This document shows, piece by piece, positions 1 through 9,138 of a stretch of DNA of 32,000 bases. Below the pieces are notes generated by a model, which had not been told where the DNA came from, searched no databases, and saw only the letters and a list, made by a program, of their open reading frames with translations. A program made the translations under genes and the position numbers. This DNA comes from Dickeya dadantii NCPPB 898 (lineage in GTDB: Bacteria > Pseudomonadota > Gammaproteobacteria > Enterobacterales > Enterobacteriaceae). Every line of letters begins with the position of its first letter. Position 1 is the stretch's first letter. The stretch covers positions 3,479,263-3,511,262 of the forward strand of contig NZ_CM001976.1 in assembly GCF_000406145.1 (NCBI RefSeq), given 5' to 3'.

Positions 1-736
1 GCAACGCGGTCACCGAGGAATCAACCCCGCCGGACAGGCCGAGAATCACCTTGTCCTTGCCCACCTGCACACGAATGCGTTCAACCGCGTCGTCGATGAT
101 TTTTGCCGGGGTCCACAGTGCTTCACACTGGCAAATGTCGCGCACAAAACGTTCCAGCATGCGCTGGCCCTGACGAGTGTGGGTCACTTCCGGGTGGAAC
201 TGCACGCCGTAGAAGCGTTTTTCCTCGTTAGCCATGATGGCGTACGGACAGGTGTCGGTGCTGGCAACGGTCACGAAATCAGCCGGGATGGCGGTGACCT
301 TGTCGCCGTGGCTCATCCACACATCCAGCAACGGCGCGCCGCTGGCACTGACGGCATCCTGAATGTCGCGAATCAGCACGCTGTTGGTCTTCACTTCCAC
401 CTGCGCATAACCGAACTCACGCTCGCTGGAGCCTTCTACCTTACCGCCCAGTTGCATCGCCATGGTCTGCATGCCGTAGCATACGCCCAGCACCGGCACG
501 CCTGCCTGGAAAACATATTCCGGCGCGCGCGGGCTATTGAACTCGGTGGTGCTTTCCGGACCGCCGGAAAGGATGATGCCATTCGGGTTGAACTCGCGAA
601 TCTGCGCTTCGGTGACATCCCATGCCCACAGTTCGCAGTATACGCCCAGCTCACGCACGCGACGTGCCACCAGCTGCGTGTATTGCGAACCGAAATCCAG
701 AATAAGAATGCGATGTTGATGAATGTTTTCTGTCAT
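1..736 (-). CDS. guaA: GMP synthase (glutamine-hydrolysing), N-terminal part; the 3' end lies beyond the window start
   Basis: Absent from the ORF track because it runs off the edge. My reverse-complement translation from the ATG at 736 reads [40 protein letters not shown]...HPEVTHT...[10 protein letters not shown]. That is a class-I glutamine amidotransferase domain followed by the SGGVDS ATP-pyrophosphatase loop. It lies directly downstream of guaB, as in the guaBA operon. Confidence 0.95.
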   Translation of the reverse strand, partial: MTENIHQHRILILDFGSQYTQLVARRVRELGVYCELWAWDVTEAQIREFNPNGIILSGGPESTTEFNSPRAPEYVFQAGVPVLGVCYGMQTMAMQLGGKVEGSSEREFGYAQVEVKTNSVLIRDIQDAVSASGAPLLDVWMSHGDKVTAIPADFVTVASTDTCPYAIMANEEKRFYGVQFHPEVTHTRQGQRMLERFVRDICQCEALWTPAKIIDDAVERIRVQVGKDKVILGLSGGVDSSVTAL

Positions 737-823
737 GAGAGGCGTATTCCACTACGGAGCGAAAGAAAAATTGAACCCGGCAAGTTTACCGGGTTCGTAA
801 CATTAAATCAGCCGGTAACGCGC

Positions 824-2287
824 TTAGCCCATACGATAGTTCGGCGACTCTTTGGTGATGGTCACATCATGAACGTGACTTTCCTGAATACCGGCGCCGC
901 TGATGCGCACAAATTCGGCTTTGGTACGCAGCGCATCAATGGTCGGGCAACCGGTCAGACCCATGCAGGAGCGCAGGCCGCCCATCTGCTGGTGCACGAT
1001 CTCTTTCAGGCGGCCTTTATACGCCACGCGGCCTTCGATGCCTTCCGGCACCAGTTTGTCGGCAGCATTGTCAGACTGGAAATAACGGTCGGACGAGCCT
1101 TTGGACATCGCGCCCAGTGACCCCATGCCGCGGTAAGATTTAAACGCACGGCCCTGATACAGTTCGATCTCGCCCGGAGATTCTTCGGTGCCGGCCAGCA
1201 TGGAACCGACCATTACGCAGGCGGCGCCGGCGGCGATCGCTTTGGCGATGTCGCCGGAGAAACGGATACCGCCGTCGGCGATGACCGGAATGCCAGTGCC
1301 TTCCAGCGCGTCAACCGCATCGGCAATCGCCGTAATCTGCGGCACGCCCACGCCGGTCACGATACGAGTCGTACAGATAGAACCGGGGCCGATGCCCACT
1401 TTCACCGCGCTTACGCCGGCTTCGGCCAGGGCGCGAGCGCCGGCGCCAGTCGCCACGTTACCGCCGATGATCTGCAGATCCGGGTATTTAGCGCGGGTTT
1501 CGCGGATACGCTGCAACACGCCTTCGGAGTGACCATGGGAAGAGTCGATCAACAACACGTCCACACCAGCGGCGACCAGTGCGTCGATACGTTCTTCGTT
1601 GCCGGCGCCGGCGCCTACCGCCGCGCCCACGCGCAGGCGACCGTGCTCGTCTTTACAGGCGTTCGGCTTACGCTCGGCTTTCTGGAAATCTTTTACCGTG
1701 ATCATCCCGACCAGACGGAATTGTGTATCCACCACCAGCGCTTTTTCGATGCGGCGCTCGTGCATTTTCTGCAGCACCACGTCGCGTGCTTCGCCCTCTT
1801 TTACCGTCACCAGACGTTCTTTCGGGGTCATTACCGCGCTGACCGGGCGGTCCAGATCGGTGACGAAACGCACGTCACGGCCGGTGATGATACCGACCAG
1901 TTCATTGCCTGTCGTTACCACCGGGTAACCGGCGAAACCGTTACGTTCAGTGAGTTGTTTCACCTGACGCAACGTGGTTTCCGGGGTGACGGTCTGCGGG
2001 TCAACCACCACGCCGCTTTCATGGCGCTTCACGCGGCTAACTTCTTCCGCCTGACGCTCAATAGGCATGTTCTTGTGAATGAAACCGATGCCGCCTTCCT
2101 GCGCCAGCGCAATCGCCAGCCCGGATTCGGTCACGGTATCCATTGCAGCGGACAGCATGGGAATGTTCAGGCGGATGCGCTGGGTCAGTTGAGTACTCAG
2201 ATCGGCCGTGTTGGGCAGAACCGTGGAATGGGCTGGAACGAGGAGAACATCATCGAAGGTCAGTGCTTCTTTAGCGATACGTAACAT
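824..2287 (-). CDS. guaB: IMP dehydrogenase
   Basis: 487-aa ORF starting [35 protein letters not shown], with the catalytic GSICTTR loop and a CBS-pair insert. It is essentially collinear with E. coli GuaB as I recall it. Confidence 0.97.
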   Translation of the reverse strand: MLRIAKEALTFDDVLLVPAHSTVLPNTADLSTQLTQRIRLNIPMLSAAMDTVTESGLAIALAQEGGIGFIHKNMPIERQAEEVSRVKRHESGVVVDPQTVTPETTLRQVKQLTERNGFAGYPVVTTGNELVGIITGRDVRFVTDLDRPVSAVMTPKERLVTVKEGEARDVVLQKMHERRIEKALVVDTQFRLVGMITVKDFQKAERKPNACKDEHGRLRVGAAVGAGAGNEERIDALVAAGVDVLLIDSSHGHSEGVLQRIRETRAKYPDLQIIGGNVATGAGARALAEAGVSAVKVGIGPGSICTTRIVTGVGVPQITAIADAVDALEGTGIPVIADGGIRFSGDIAKAIAAGAACVMVGSMLAGTEESPGEIELYQGRAFKSYRGMGSLGAMSKGSSDRYFQSDNAADKLVPEGIEGRVAYKGRLKEIVHQQMGGLRSCMGLTGCPTIDALRTKAEFVRISGAGIQESHVHDVTITKESPNYRMG

Positions 2288-2330
2288 GGCAATATCTCAC
2301 CGGAATTGGGATGGGAATTAGATAAAATAT

Positions 2331-2390
2331 TGCCGCGGCATTATACAGGCCGAAATCGATTGCCTCCAGTATTTTTTTATAAAAATGCTT
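2331..2390 (-). promoter_or_regulatory. Candidate guaBA promoter: -10 TATAAT, GC-rich discriminator and an upstream AT-rich UP-like tract
   Basis: The minus strand reads ...CATTTTTATAAAAAAATACTGGAGGCAATCGATTTCGGCCTGTATAATGCCGCGGCA. TATAAT is at 2345-2340, followed by GCCGCGG (a stringent-type discriminator). The AT tract is at 2370-2386. The -35 is poor (TGGAGG). The position is appropriate, about 55 nt upstream of the guaB ATG. Confidence 0.45.
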
Positions 2391-2457
2391 GCGAACGGCC
2401 CACTGACCGGTAGTATTGAGGATTAACTCTCTGTTTTAATTTTTGATCCGGGTCACA

Positions 2458-3846
2458 ATGTCCTCATCATTGCCGTCATCCGCCATATTTACCGTCAGCC
2501 GCCTGAATCAGACGGTAAAACAGTTGCTGGAAGGTGAAATGGGCCAGGTCTGGCTCTCCGGCGAAATCTCCAATTTCTCCCAACCCTCCTCCGGCCACTG
2601 GTATTTTACACTGAAAGATGAACGCGCTCAGGTGCGGTGCGCCATGTTCCGCACCGGCAACCGGCGGGTGACCTTTAGACCGCAAAACGGACAACAGGTA
2701 CTGATTCGCGCCACCATCACCCTGTACGAACCGCGCGGCGACTACCAGTTGCTGGCCGAAAGCATGCACCCGGCGGGCGACGGCCTGCTGCAACAGCAGT
2801 TCGAGCAGTTGAAACAGCGCCTGTCGGCGGAAGGGTTGTTCGATCAACAATACAAGCAATTGTTGCCCAAACCGGCGCGTCAGGTTGGCGTCATTACCTC
2901 CGCCAGCGGTGCGGCGCTGCACGATATTCTGCACATTCTGCAACGGCGCGATCCGTCCCTGCCGGTGGTAATCTACCCGACAGCGGTGCAAGGCGTGGAT
3001 GCGCCGGCTCAGATTGTGCGGGCCATCGAACTGGCCAACCTGCGTCAGGAATGCGATGTGCTGATCGTCGGCCGCGGCGGCGGATCGCTGGAAGACCTGT
3101 GGAGCTTCAACGATGAACGAGTGGCGCGAGCTATTTTTGCCAGCCGTATCCCGATTGTCAGCGCGGTCGGTCACGAAACCGACGTGACCATTGCCGATTT
3201 CGTGGCGGATCTGCGCGCGCCGACGCCTTCCGCCGCGGCGGAACTGGTCAGCCGTAACCAACTGGAGCTGTTGCGGCAGATCCAGTCCCAGCGCCAGCGG
3301 CTGGAAATGGCGATGGACTACTATCTGGCACAGCGCCAGCAGCAATTCGTCCGGCTACAGCATCGGCTGCATCAGCAACACCCGCAACTGCGCCTGGCCC
3401 GCCAACAGACCCAGTTGATTCGCCTGCGCCAGCGTCTGGATGAAGCCATCCAGTTGCAATTGCGTCAACAGACGCGCCGTCAGGAACGCGTTGTCCAGCG
3501 GCTACGACAGCACCAGCCGCAACCACGTCTGCACCGTGCGCAACAGCAGGTACAACAGTTGCGCTATCGCATGCAATCCGCGTTGGAAAAACAGCTTAAT
3601 CAGCATAAACAACGGTTTGGCGAAGCCTGTTCCCATCTCGAAGCCGTCAGCCCGCTGGCGACGCTGGCGCGCGGCTACAGTGTCACCACCGCGCCGGACG
3701 GCAAAGTCATGAAGCGTACCGCTCAGGCCGCCAAGGGCGATATACTGAAAACTCGGCTGCAGGATGGCTGGGTAGAGAGTCAGATAACTGAAATACAAAA
3801 AGAATCTACCAAACCACGCACTAAACGCCAGACGAAAAATATTTAG
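2458..3846 (+). CDS. xseA: Exodeoxyribonuclease VII large subunit
   Basis: The track ORF 2443..3846 uses a TTG start. I prefer the in-frame ATG at 2458 ([54 protein letters not shown]), which aligns with the E. coli XseA N-terminus ([19 protein letters not shown]...). It is divergent from guaB, as in E. coli. Confidence 0.93.
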   Translation: MSSSLPSSAIFTVSRLNQTVKQLLEGEMGQVWLSGEISNFSQPSSGHWYFTLKDERAQVRCAMFRTGNRRVTFRPQNGQQVLIRATITLYEPRGDYQLLAESMHPAGDGLLQQQFEQLKQRLSAEGLFDQQYKQLLPKPARQVGVITSASGAALHDILHILQRRDPSLPVVIYPTAVQGVDAPAQIVRAIELANLRQECDVLIVGRGGGSLEDLWSFNDERVARAIFASRIPIVSAVGHETDVTIADFVADLRAPTPSAAAELVSRNQLELLRQIQSQRQRLEMAMDYYLAQRQQQFVRLQHRLHQQHPQLRLARQQTQLIRLRQRLDEAIQLQLRQQTRRQERVVQRLRQHQPQPRLHRAQQQVQQLRYRMQSALEKQLNQHKQRFGEACSHLEAVSPLATLARGYSVTTAPDGKVMKRTAQAAKGDILKTRLQDGWVESQITEIQKESTKPRTKRQTKNI

Positions 3847-3937
3847 TGATTAGGCTATACTTATCGTGTCATAACTGTGGTAGATCAGTGTTGATAATAT
3901 GTTGCAAACCATACTGCAAGGCATAAGGAGATGAAGT

Positions 3938-4987
3938 ATGCAATCCGCCCGTAACATCATTCCGCCCTATATTCTCCATCGCATTATCAACAATGGATCG
4001 GATGAGGAACGTCGTTGCGCGCAACAAACTCTGATGCACGTGCAGTCACTGATGGTGGCCCCGGTCATCCATCCCGATGAACATGAGGAACATCCTGCCG
4101 GCAAGATACAGCGCGACATTTACGACGCAGAGCACCAGCAGACGCTACCGGGTAAGCGGGTACGGGCGGAAGGCCAACCGGAGAATGGCGACATCGCTGT
4201 TGATGAAGCCTACACCTATCTGGGCATTACCTATGACTTCTTCTGGAAAATCTTCGGCCGCAATTCACTGGACAATAAAGGCTTGTCGCTGATCGGCAGC
4301 GTCCACTACGGCAAGGATTACCAGAACGCGTTCTGGAACGGGCAGCAGATGGTGTTTGGCGACGGCGACGGCAAAATCTTCAATCGTTTCACCATCGCAC
4401 TCGATGTGATCGCCCATGAGCTGTCACATGGCGTGGTGGAAAGCGAAAGTAACCTGCTGTACTTCCGCCAGTCCGGCGCGCTCAACGAATCGCTCGCGGA
4501 CGTGTTTGGCTCTATGGTCAAACAGTACCATCGCAATCAGAAGGTACAGCAGGCGGACTGGATTATCGGTGAAGGACTGCTGGCCGAGGGTATCGACGGC
4601 AAGGGACTGCGCTCCATGGCGCGCCCAGGAACCGCCTATGACGACCTGCTGCTGGGCACCGATCCGCAACCGTCTCACATGCGGGATTTCGTTAATACCC
4701 GTGAGGACAACGGCGGTGTACATTTAAATTCAGGGATACCCAACCGTGCCTTTTATCTGGCCGCCATGGCACTGGGCGGCTATTCCTGGGAAAAAGCCGG
4801 GCATATCTGGTATGACACCCTGCGCGACAAGGAACTGCCGCAAAATGCGGACTTCTCCATCTTTGCCAGATTTACCGTGGAACATGCCAGAAAACGCTTC
4901 AATGAAGCGGTAGCTGATGCCGTACTGCGAGCCTGGCATCAGGTCGGGGTCGATACGGGAGTTCTTAATGAGCACGAACAGGAATAA
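3938..4987 (+). CDS. Protealysin-like (thermolysin family, MEROPS M4) zinc metalloprotease with a short PPL-motif propeptide and no signal peptide
   Basis: HEXXH zinc site (VIAHELSHGV) followed by the third-ligand Glu block GALNESLADVFG, typical of thermolysin-like Glu-zincins. The N-terminus MQSARNIIPPYILHRIINNGSDEERRCAQQTLMHVQSL carries the IIPPY(I/M)L motif of protealysin-like proteases and has no hydrophobic leader. The SD AAGGAG lies 7 nt upstream of the ATG. Confidence 0.88.
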   Translation: MQSARNIIPPYILHRIINNGSDEERRCAQQTLMHVQSLMVAPVIHPDEHEEHPAGKIQRDIYDAEHQQTLPGKRVRAEGQPENGDIAVDEAYTYLGITYDFFWKIFGRNSLDNKGLSLIGSVHYGKDYQNAFWNGQQMVFGDGDGKIFNRFTIALDVIAHELSHGVVESESNLLYFRQSGALNESLADVFGSMVKQYHRNQKVQQADWIIGEGLLAEGIDGKGLRSMARPGTAYDDLLLGTDPQPSHMRDFVNTREDNGGVHLNSGIPNRAFYLAAMALGGYSWEKAGHIWYDTLRDKELPQNADFSIFARFTVEHARKRFNEAVADAVLRAWHQVGVDTGVLNEHEQE

Positions 4988-5336
4988 CCTGCCCGATTTA
5001 ACGGATGATGTGATCATTGAACTGGCGCGCGAGGGCGGCTTCGCCTGGATCCCCAAACTGGCCGGCCTGCGCCGCTTCGCGCTGGCCGAAGTCCCCGCCG
5101 CCAAAAAAGAGAAACTCTGCGCCATGCTGCGTAACATCCTGCCGACAGCGCAGGAACCCGGTCAGCCAGACTCTCCCGGCCGCGGCGACCAGTTTTACTA
5201 CCGTATCCATATTCACTACTGCAACACGCCGGATACCCACCAAACGGACTGGATATTGCTGATCCCCGAACAGAGCGCGCCATCCGAGCTGGAAGCCTTA
5301 TGGCGCAACGGCCTGGATGACGATCAAACCTCCTGA
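4968..5336 (+). CDS. Small acidic protein translationally coupled to the M4 protease; probably an emfourin (M4in)-type protease inhibitor
   Basis: 122 aa starting from the ATG at 4968 (MSTNRNNLPDLTDDVIIELAREGGFAWIPKLAGLRR...). It is in frame with track ORF 4917..5336 and overlaps the protease 3' end by 20 nt. The size, the position immediately downstream of a protealysin-like gene and the bicistronic layout match the published protealysin-emfourin operon. The family assignment comes from context and recollection, not from a search. Confidence 0.65.
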   Translation: MSTNRNNLPDLTDDVIIELAREGGFAWIPKLAGLRRFALAEVPAAKKEKLCAMLRNILPTAQEPGQPDSPGRGDQFYYRIHIHYCNTPDTHQTDWILLIPEQSAPSELEALWRNGLDDDQTS

Positions 5337-5339
5337 CAG

Positions 5340-5600
5340 CTACTGCGGCTGGTAACGAATGACCACGCGGGCACGTGAAATCAGCCCGTGACCGCCGGCA
5401 CACAGATAGCTTTCCGCCCCACAGGCACGCAACACCTGCAACGGCTGTTCGCATTCCGGACACAGCGCCAAACGCAGCAAATCTCGCTGGCAAGCCTCAC
5501 AGCGGTACTGTTCGTTACAGAGGTATTGTTCGTTACAGAGGTACTGTTTGTTGCCGCGCCATACCATCGGCTGTTGACATTCTGGACAATAAGCGTCCAT
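5340..5600 (-). CDS. yfgJ: Double zinc-ribbon protein YfgJ (DUF1407-like)
   Basis: From the ATG at 5600 (SD GGAGGAGG just upstream): MDAYCPECQQPMVWRG...CEACQRDLLRLALCPECEQPLQVLRACGAESYLCAGGHGLISRARV. The C-terminal half closely matches E. coli YfgJ (...KALCPDCHQPLQVLKACGAVDYFCQHGHGLISKKRV). It has the same position next to der as in E. coli. The longer track ORF (to 5672) runs through the der terminator and was rejected. Confidence 0.85.
   Translation of the reverse strand: MDAYCPECQQPMVWRGNKQYLCNEQYLCNEQYRCEACQRDLLRLALCPECEQPLQVLRACGAESYLCAGGHGLISRARVVIRYQPQ
5499..5552 (-). repeat. In-frame tandem repeat, 3 x 18 bp, inside yfgJ
   Basis: The minus-strand codons are AAC AAA CAG TAC CTC TGT / AAC GAA CAA TAC CTC TGT / AAC GAA CAG TAC CGC TGT, giving NKQYLC NEQYLC NEQYRC. 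The units occupy 5552-5535, 5534-5517 and 5516-5499. Confidence 0.9.
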
Positions 5601-5623
5601 CTTCCTCCTCCGGATCACACCAT

Positions 5624-5652
5624 GAAAAACGGGGCAGAATCGCTCCTGCCCC
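5624..5652 (-). terminator. Rho-independent terminator downstream of der
   Basis: The minus strand reads GGGGCAGGAGCGATTCTGCCCC followed by GTTTTTCAT. The stem is 7 bp (GGGGCAG/CTGCCCC) with a T run. It begins 33 nt after the der stop. Confidence 0.7.
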
Positions 5653-5684
5653 GATATAACAACTGATTTCACCGCTGCCGATGC

Positions 5685-7172
5685 TTACTTGCCTTTCTTG
5701 ATGTGCTGCATCAGGCGTTTACGTTTGCGCAGCTGATTCGGCGTCAGCGTATTGCGTTTGTCGGCGAACGGGTTTTCCCCTTCTTTGAACTGAATGCGGA
5801 TCGGCGTTCCCATCACGTCCAGCGAACGCCGGTAGTAGTTCATCAGGTAGCGCTTGTAGGAATCCGGCAGATCTTTGACCTGATTACCGTGGATCACCAC
5901 GATCGGCGGGTTATATCCCCCGGCATGAGCGTATTTCAGCTTCACACGACGGCCGCGCACTAACGGCGGCTGGTGGTCATCCGCCGCCATCTGCATGATG
6001 CGGGTCAACATAGCGGTTCCCACACGGCGGGTGGAACAGTCGTAGGCTTCGGTGACGGATTCAAACAGGTTACCCACGCCGCTACCGTGCAACGCCGAAA
6101 TAAAGTGGATACGGGCAAAATCGATGAAGCCGAGGCGCAGGTCGAGGGTTTCCTTCACCTGATCTTTGATCTCCTGCGTCAGCCCGTCCCACTTGTTCAC
6201 CACAATCACCAGCGAACGGCCGGAGTTGAGGATAAAGCCCAGCAGCGACAGATCCTGATCGGAAATCCCTTCGCGGGCGTCGATCACCAGCAGCACCACG
6301 TTAGCGTCTTCGATCGCCTGCAACGTCTTGATCACCGAGAACTTCTCAACTGCATCGGTAATCTTGCCGCGTTTGCGTACCCCAGCGGTATCGATCAGCA
6401 CGTAGTCGCGGCCATCACGTTCCATCGGGATGTAGATACTGTCGCGCGTGGTGCCCGGCATGTCGAACACCACCACTCGCTCTTCCCCAAGAATACGGTT
6501 GGTCAACGTTGACTTGCCGACATTCGGGCGGCCGACGATAGCTAGCTTGATCGGCAACCCTTCCAGATTCGGTGCATTATCTTCGCCATCAATGTCGTCA
6601 TCGCCTTCACTAAGCTGTTCCGCCCAGTAAGCCGCGTTCGCTTCTTCTTCGGTCAGTTCACGCGTTTCCTGTACCGGATCGACGACAAACGGCAACAGCA
6701 CTTTTTCCAACAAAGAAGTCACGCCACGGCCATGCGACGCCGCAATTGGATGCACCTCGCCCAGACCGAGCGAATAGAAATCGGCAATGCCGGTATCGAT
6801 ATCGATACCATCGACTTTGTTGGCGACCAGAAACGTGTCTTTTTCACGCATGCGCAAATGCTGGGCAATGGCGTGATCCGCCGGCATCAGGCCATCGCGG
6901 GCGTCTACCAGAAACAGCACGATATCCGCTTCTTCAATCGCCAGCAGCGACTGCTCGGCCATGCGCGTTTCCACGCCATCTTCATTACCGTCGATGCCAC
7001 CGGTATCGATAATAATGAATTCATTTCCCTCCACCTCGGCACGACCATACTTGCGGTCACGCGTCAGCCCAGGGAAATCCGCCACCAATGCGTCACGAGT
7101 ACGCGTCAAGCGGTTAAACAGCGTGGACTTCCCCACATTCGGGCGCCCGACCAGCGCGACGACAGGTATCAT
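5685..7172 (-). CDS. der: Ribosome-biogenesis GTPase Der (EngA), double GTPase domain
   Basis: 495 aa starting [43 protein letters not shown], with a second G domain [28 protein letters not shown]. It is collinear with E. coli Der. Confidence 0.97.
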   Translation of the reverse strand: MIPVVALVGRPNVGKSTLFNRLTRTRDALVADFPGLTRDRKYGRAEVEGNEFIIIDTGGIDGNEDGVETRMAEQSLLAIEEADIVLFLVDARDGLMPADHAIAQHLRMREKDTFLVANKVDGIDIDTGIADFYSLGLGEVHPIAASHGRGVTSLLEKVLLPFVVDPVQETRELTEEEANAAYWAEQLSEGDDDIDGEDNAPNLEGLPIKLAIVGRPNVGKSTLTNRILGEERVVVFDMPGTTRDSIYIPMERDGRDYVLIDTAGVRKRGKITDAVEKFSVIKTLQAIEDANVVLLVIDAREGISDQDLSLLGFILNSGRSLVIVVNKWDGLTQEIKDQVKETLDLRLGFIDFARIHFISALHGSGVGNLFESVTEAYDCSTRRVGTAMLTRIMQMAADDHQPPLVRGRRVKLKYAHAGGYNPPIVVIHGNQVKDLPDSYKRYLMNYYRRSLDVMGTPIRIQFKEGENPFADKRNTLTPNQLRKRKRLMQHIKKGK

Positions 7173-7227
7173 TGTTACAACCTCATTGCTTATATTTCAA
7201 TTCGTTACAGCAGAAAGGTCTGCTGAT

Positions 7228-7268
7228 GATAAAAGACGAAACGGCCCCTGACAGTATCAGGAGCCGTT
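7228..7268 (-). terminator. Possible attenuator or terminator hairpin between bamB and der
   Basis: The minus strand reads AACGGCTCCTGATACTGTCAGGGGCCGTT followed by TCGTCTTTTATC. The stem has one mismatch and the T tract is interrupted. Confidence 0.35.
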
Positions 7269-7312
7269 ATGGGGATGGCGGATTCACCGCCTGTCCCGGT
7301 CATGCGAAGCGG

Positions 7313-8494
7313 TTAACGGGTAAAGGCGTAAACCTCGCCGCCTTTGGCCTGCACCAGTAGTTTATCGCTGGCAACCACCGGTTTGCTCAGCAGGCCGGAA
7401 CCGTCCACTTTCTGCTGAACCACAAAGCGGCCGTCAGTGGTGTTGACCCAGTGCAGATAGCCTTCGGCATCGCCAACCACCAGATAGCCATTATACAACG
7501 CCGGCGCCGTCAGATTACGGTGCAGCAGGTCGCCCTGTCGCCAGATCACCACGCCGCCGTTGGTGTTGAGCGCCGTGATGCGGTCGTCCTGATCGACCAG
7601 ATAAATACGATCGCCATCGACGATGAAATCATTCACCGAACCAATTTCGCGCTTCCAGGTAATCTGCCCGGAACGCAGATCCAATGCGGTCAGGTTGCCA
7701 TTATATCCCAGCGCATACACCACGTTGCCTGCCACGACCGGCGTGGTGTCGACATCGTTCAGACGAGCGATTTCAGTCGCGCCGCCCGGCTGGGAAATAC
7801 GCTGCTGCCAAATCAACTGACCCTGATTGATCATTACCGCACTGACGCGCCCGTTGTCGCCGCCGACAATCGCCGCGCCAAACGCCGTCGTCGGCGCAGA
7901 CTCGCCGCGCAGCGACAGCGACGGCATATCCAGATTCACGGTCCATTTGATGGTGCCGTCAGATTCGCTGAGCGCCTGCAGCATACCGTTGCTGGTATGA
8001 ATAATCACCACGCCATCGCTGACCACCGGGCTGGACAACACTTCGCCCGCCACCTTGGTCTGCCACTGCAATGCACCGTCGTCAGCGTTCAGGGCGAACA
8101 GCTGCGCGCGTTCACTACCGACATAAACATGGTTGCCCGACACGGCCACCCCGCCCGACAGCAGCGCCGGACGGTTGCTGGACAGCAACCCGGTTTTTTC
8201 CGCCAGATCGACGCGCCACTTCTCTTCGCCGCTATTCAGATCCAGCGCTTTTACCGTACCGTGACGATCGGCCGCATACACGCGGCTGTCCTGCCAGGTC
8301 GGATGCAGATTGGAGTAGAAATCACCGGTACCGTCTCCAACGGAGCGACTCCAGACTTTGGTGGGGGTAAACTGGTTGGTCACCTGCGGCAGCGGAGACA
8401 TTTTGACCACGTCTTCCTCACGATCAAACAGCGAACAGCCGCTCAGCAGGGTGACGGAAACCAGTCCGACCAAAAGTGTTTTACGCAGTTGCAT
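7313..8494 (-). CDS. bamB: Outer membrane protein assembly factor BamB (lipoprotein, beta-propeller)
   Basis: 393 aa with signal peptide and lipobox MQLRKTLLVGLVSVTLLSGCS, followed by PQQ-like beta-propeller repeats. It lies between yfgM and der, as in E. coli. Confidence 0.95.
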   Translation of the reverse strand: MQLRKTLLVGLVSVTLLSGCSLFDREEDVVKMSPLPQVTNQFTPTKVWSRSVGDGTGDFYSNLHPTWQDSRVYAADRHGTVKALDLNSGEEKWRVDLAEKTGLLSSNRPALLSGGVAVSGNHVYVGSERAQLFALNADDGALQWQTKVAGEVLSSPVVSDGVVIIHTSNGMLQALSESDGTIKWTVNLDMPSLSLRGESAPTTAFGAAIVGGDNGRVSAVMINQGQLIWQQRISQPGGATEIARLNDVDTTPVVAGNVVYALGYNGNLTALDLRSGQITWKREIGSVNDFIVDGDRIYLVDQDDRITALNTNGGVVIWRQGDLLHRNLTAPALYNGYLVVGDAEGYLHWVNTTDGRFVVQQKVDGSGLLSKPVVASDKLLVQAKGGEVYAFTR

Positions 8495-8504
8495 GAAGTC
8501 CCTC

Positions 8505-9125
8505 TTAGCTGGGCAGATTGTTCAATTTGATACGCAACAGGGATTGCAGCCCCTGAGAAGGTTTCGCCGCCATGCCTTTGTTATAGGCATCACGCGCGCC
8601 CTGATTGTCGCCTTTGCTCGCCAGCACGTCGCCGCGAACATCCGCTACCATCGCCGTCCAGCCTTCCAGCTTGATGGCATCGAGCGTTTTCAACGCCTCA
8701 TCCGGCTTCTTCTGCTGCAACAGTACGCGAGCCAGACGCAGGTTAATCAGTGCCTGCAAATCGCCATCTTTACTCTGGCTCAATGCCTGACGGAGCTGCT
8801 GCTCGGCTTTAGCGATGTCATTTTTTTCAACGAACTGGTGCGCCAGCGCCAGTGAAGCCAGCGCGCCGTAATTGCCATGATCGCCGGTGACAAATTTTTC
8901 AGCGCCGGCAACGCCTTCCGGCGTACCGGCAGACAGAGATTCGGTCACTTGCTGATAGGCAGCGGAAGCCGCCATCGCGTTGCTTTCCTGATGGTTTTGC
9001 CAGAAACGCCAGCCGACCAGGGCGCCAATACCCAGCACCACGCCGATAGCCAACGCTTTGCCATTCTCGATAAAGAAGCGGCGAATCGCCTCAACCTGTT
9101 CGTTTTCAGTGCTATAGACTTCCAC
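8505..9125 (-). CDS. yfgM: Ancillary SecYEG translocon subunit YfgM (TPR-like, single N-terminal TM)
   Basis: 206 aa starting MEVYSTENEQVEAIRRFFIENGKALAIGVVLGIGALVGWRFW, which aligns with E. coli YfgM (MEIYENENDQVEAVKRFFAENGKALAVGVILG...). Confidence 0.92.
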   Translation of the reverse strand: MEVYSTENEQVEAIRRFFIENGKALAIGVVLGIGALVGWRFWQNHQESNAMAASAAYQQVTESLSAGTPEGVAGAEKFVTGDHGNYGALASLALAHQFVEKNDIAKAEQQLRQALSQSKDGDLQALINLRLARVLLQQKKPDEALKTLDAIKLEGWTAMVADVRGDVLASKGDNQGARDAYNKGMAAKPSQGLQSLLRIKLNNLPS

Positions 9126-9138
9126 GCTGCCTTTCTCC

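Noticed and set aside
179-1120. Long plus-strand ORF (313 aa) spanning guaA and the 3' end of guaB
   Set aside because: It is antisense to two strongly supported genes (guaA 1..736, guaB 824..2287). The composition is Arg/Ala/His-rich, which is typical of shadow ORFs in GC-rich DNA, and I saw no recognisable motifs.
5014-5493. 159-aa minus-strand ORF bridging the emfourin-like gene and yfgJ
   Set aside because: It crosses two convergent, better-supported genes in a different frame. It is Arg/Ala/Gly-rich, has no start context, and spans the stop-to-stop junction.
5340-5672. Extended 110-aa version of yfgJ starting at 5672
   Set aside because: The extra 24 codons run through the der terminator hairpin. 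The ATG at 5600 has a strong GGAGGAGG SD, and the protein from that start aligns with E. coli YfgJ.
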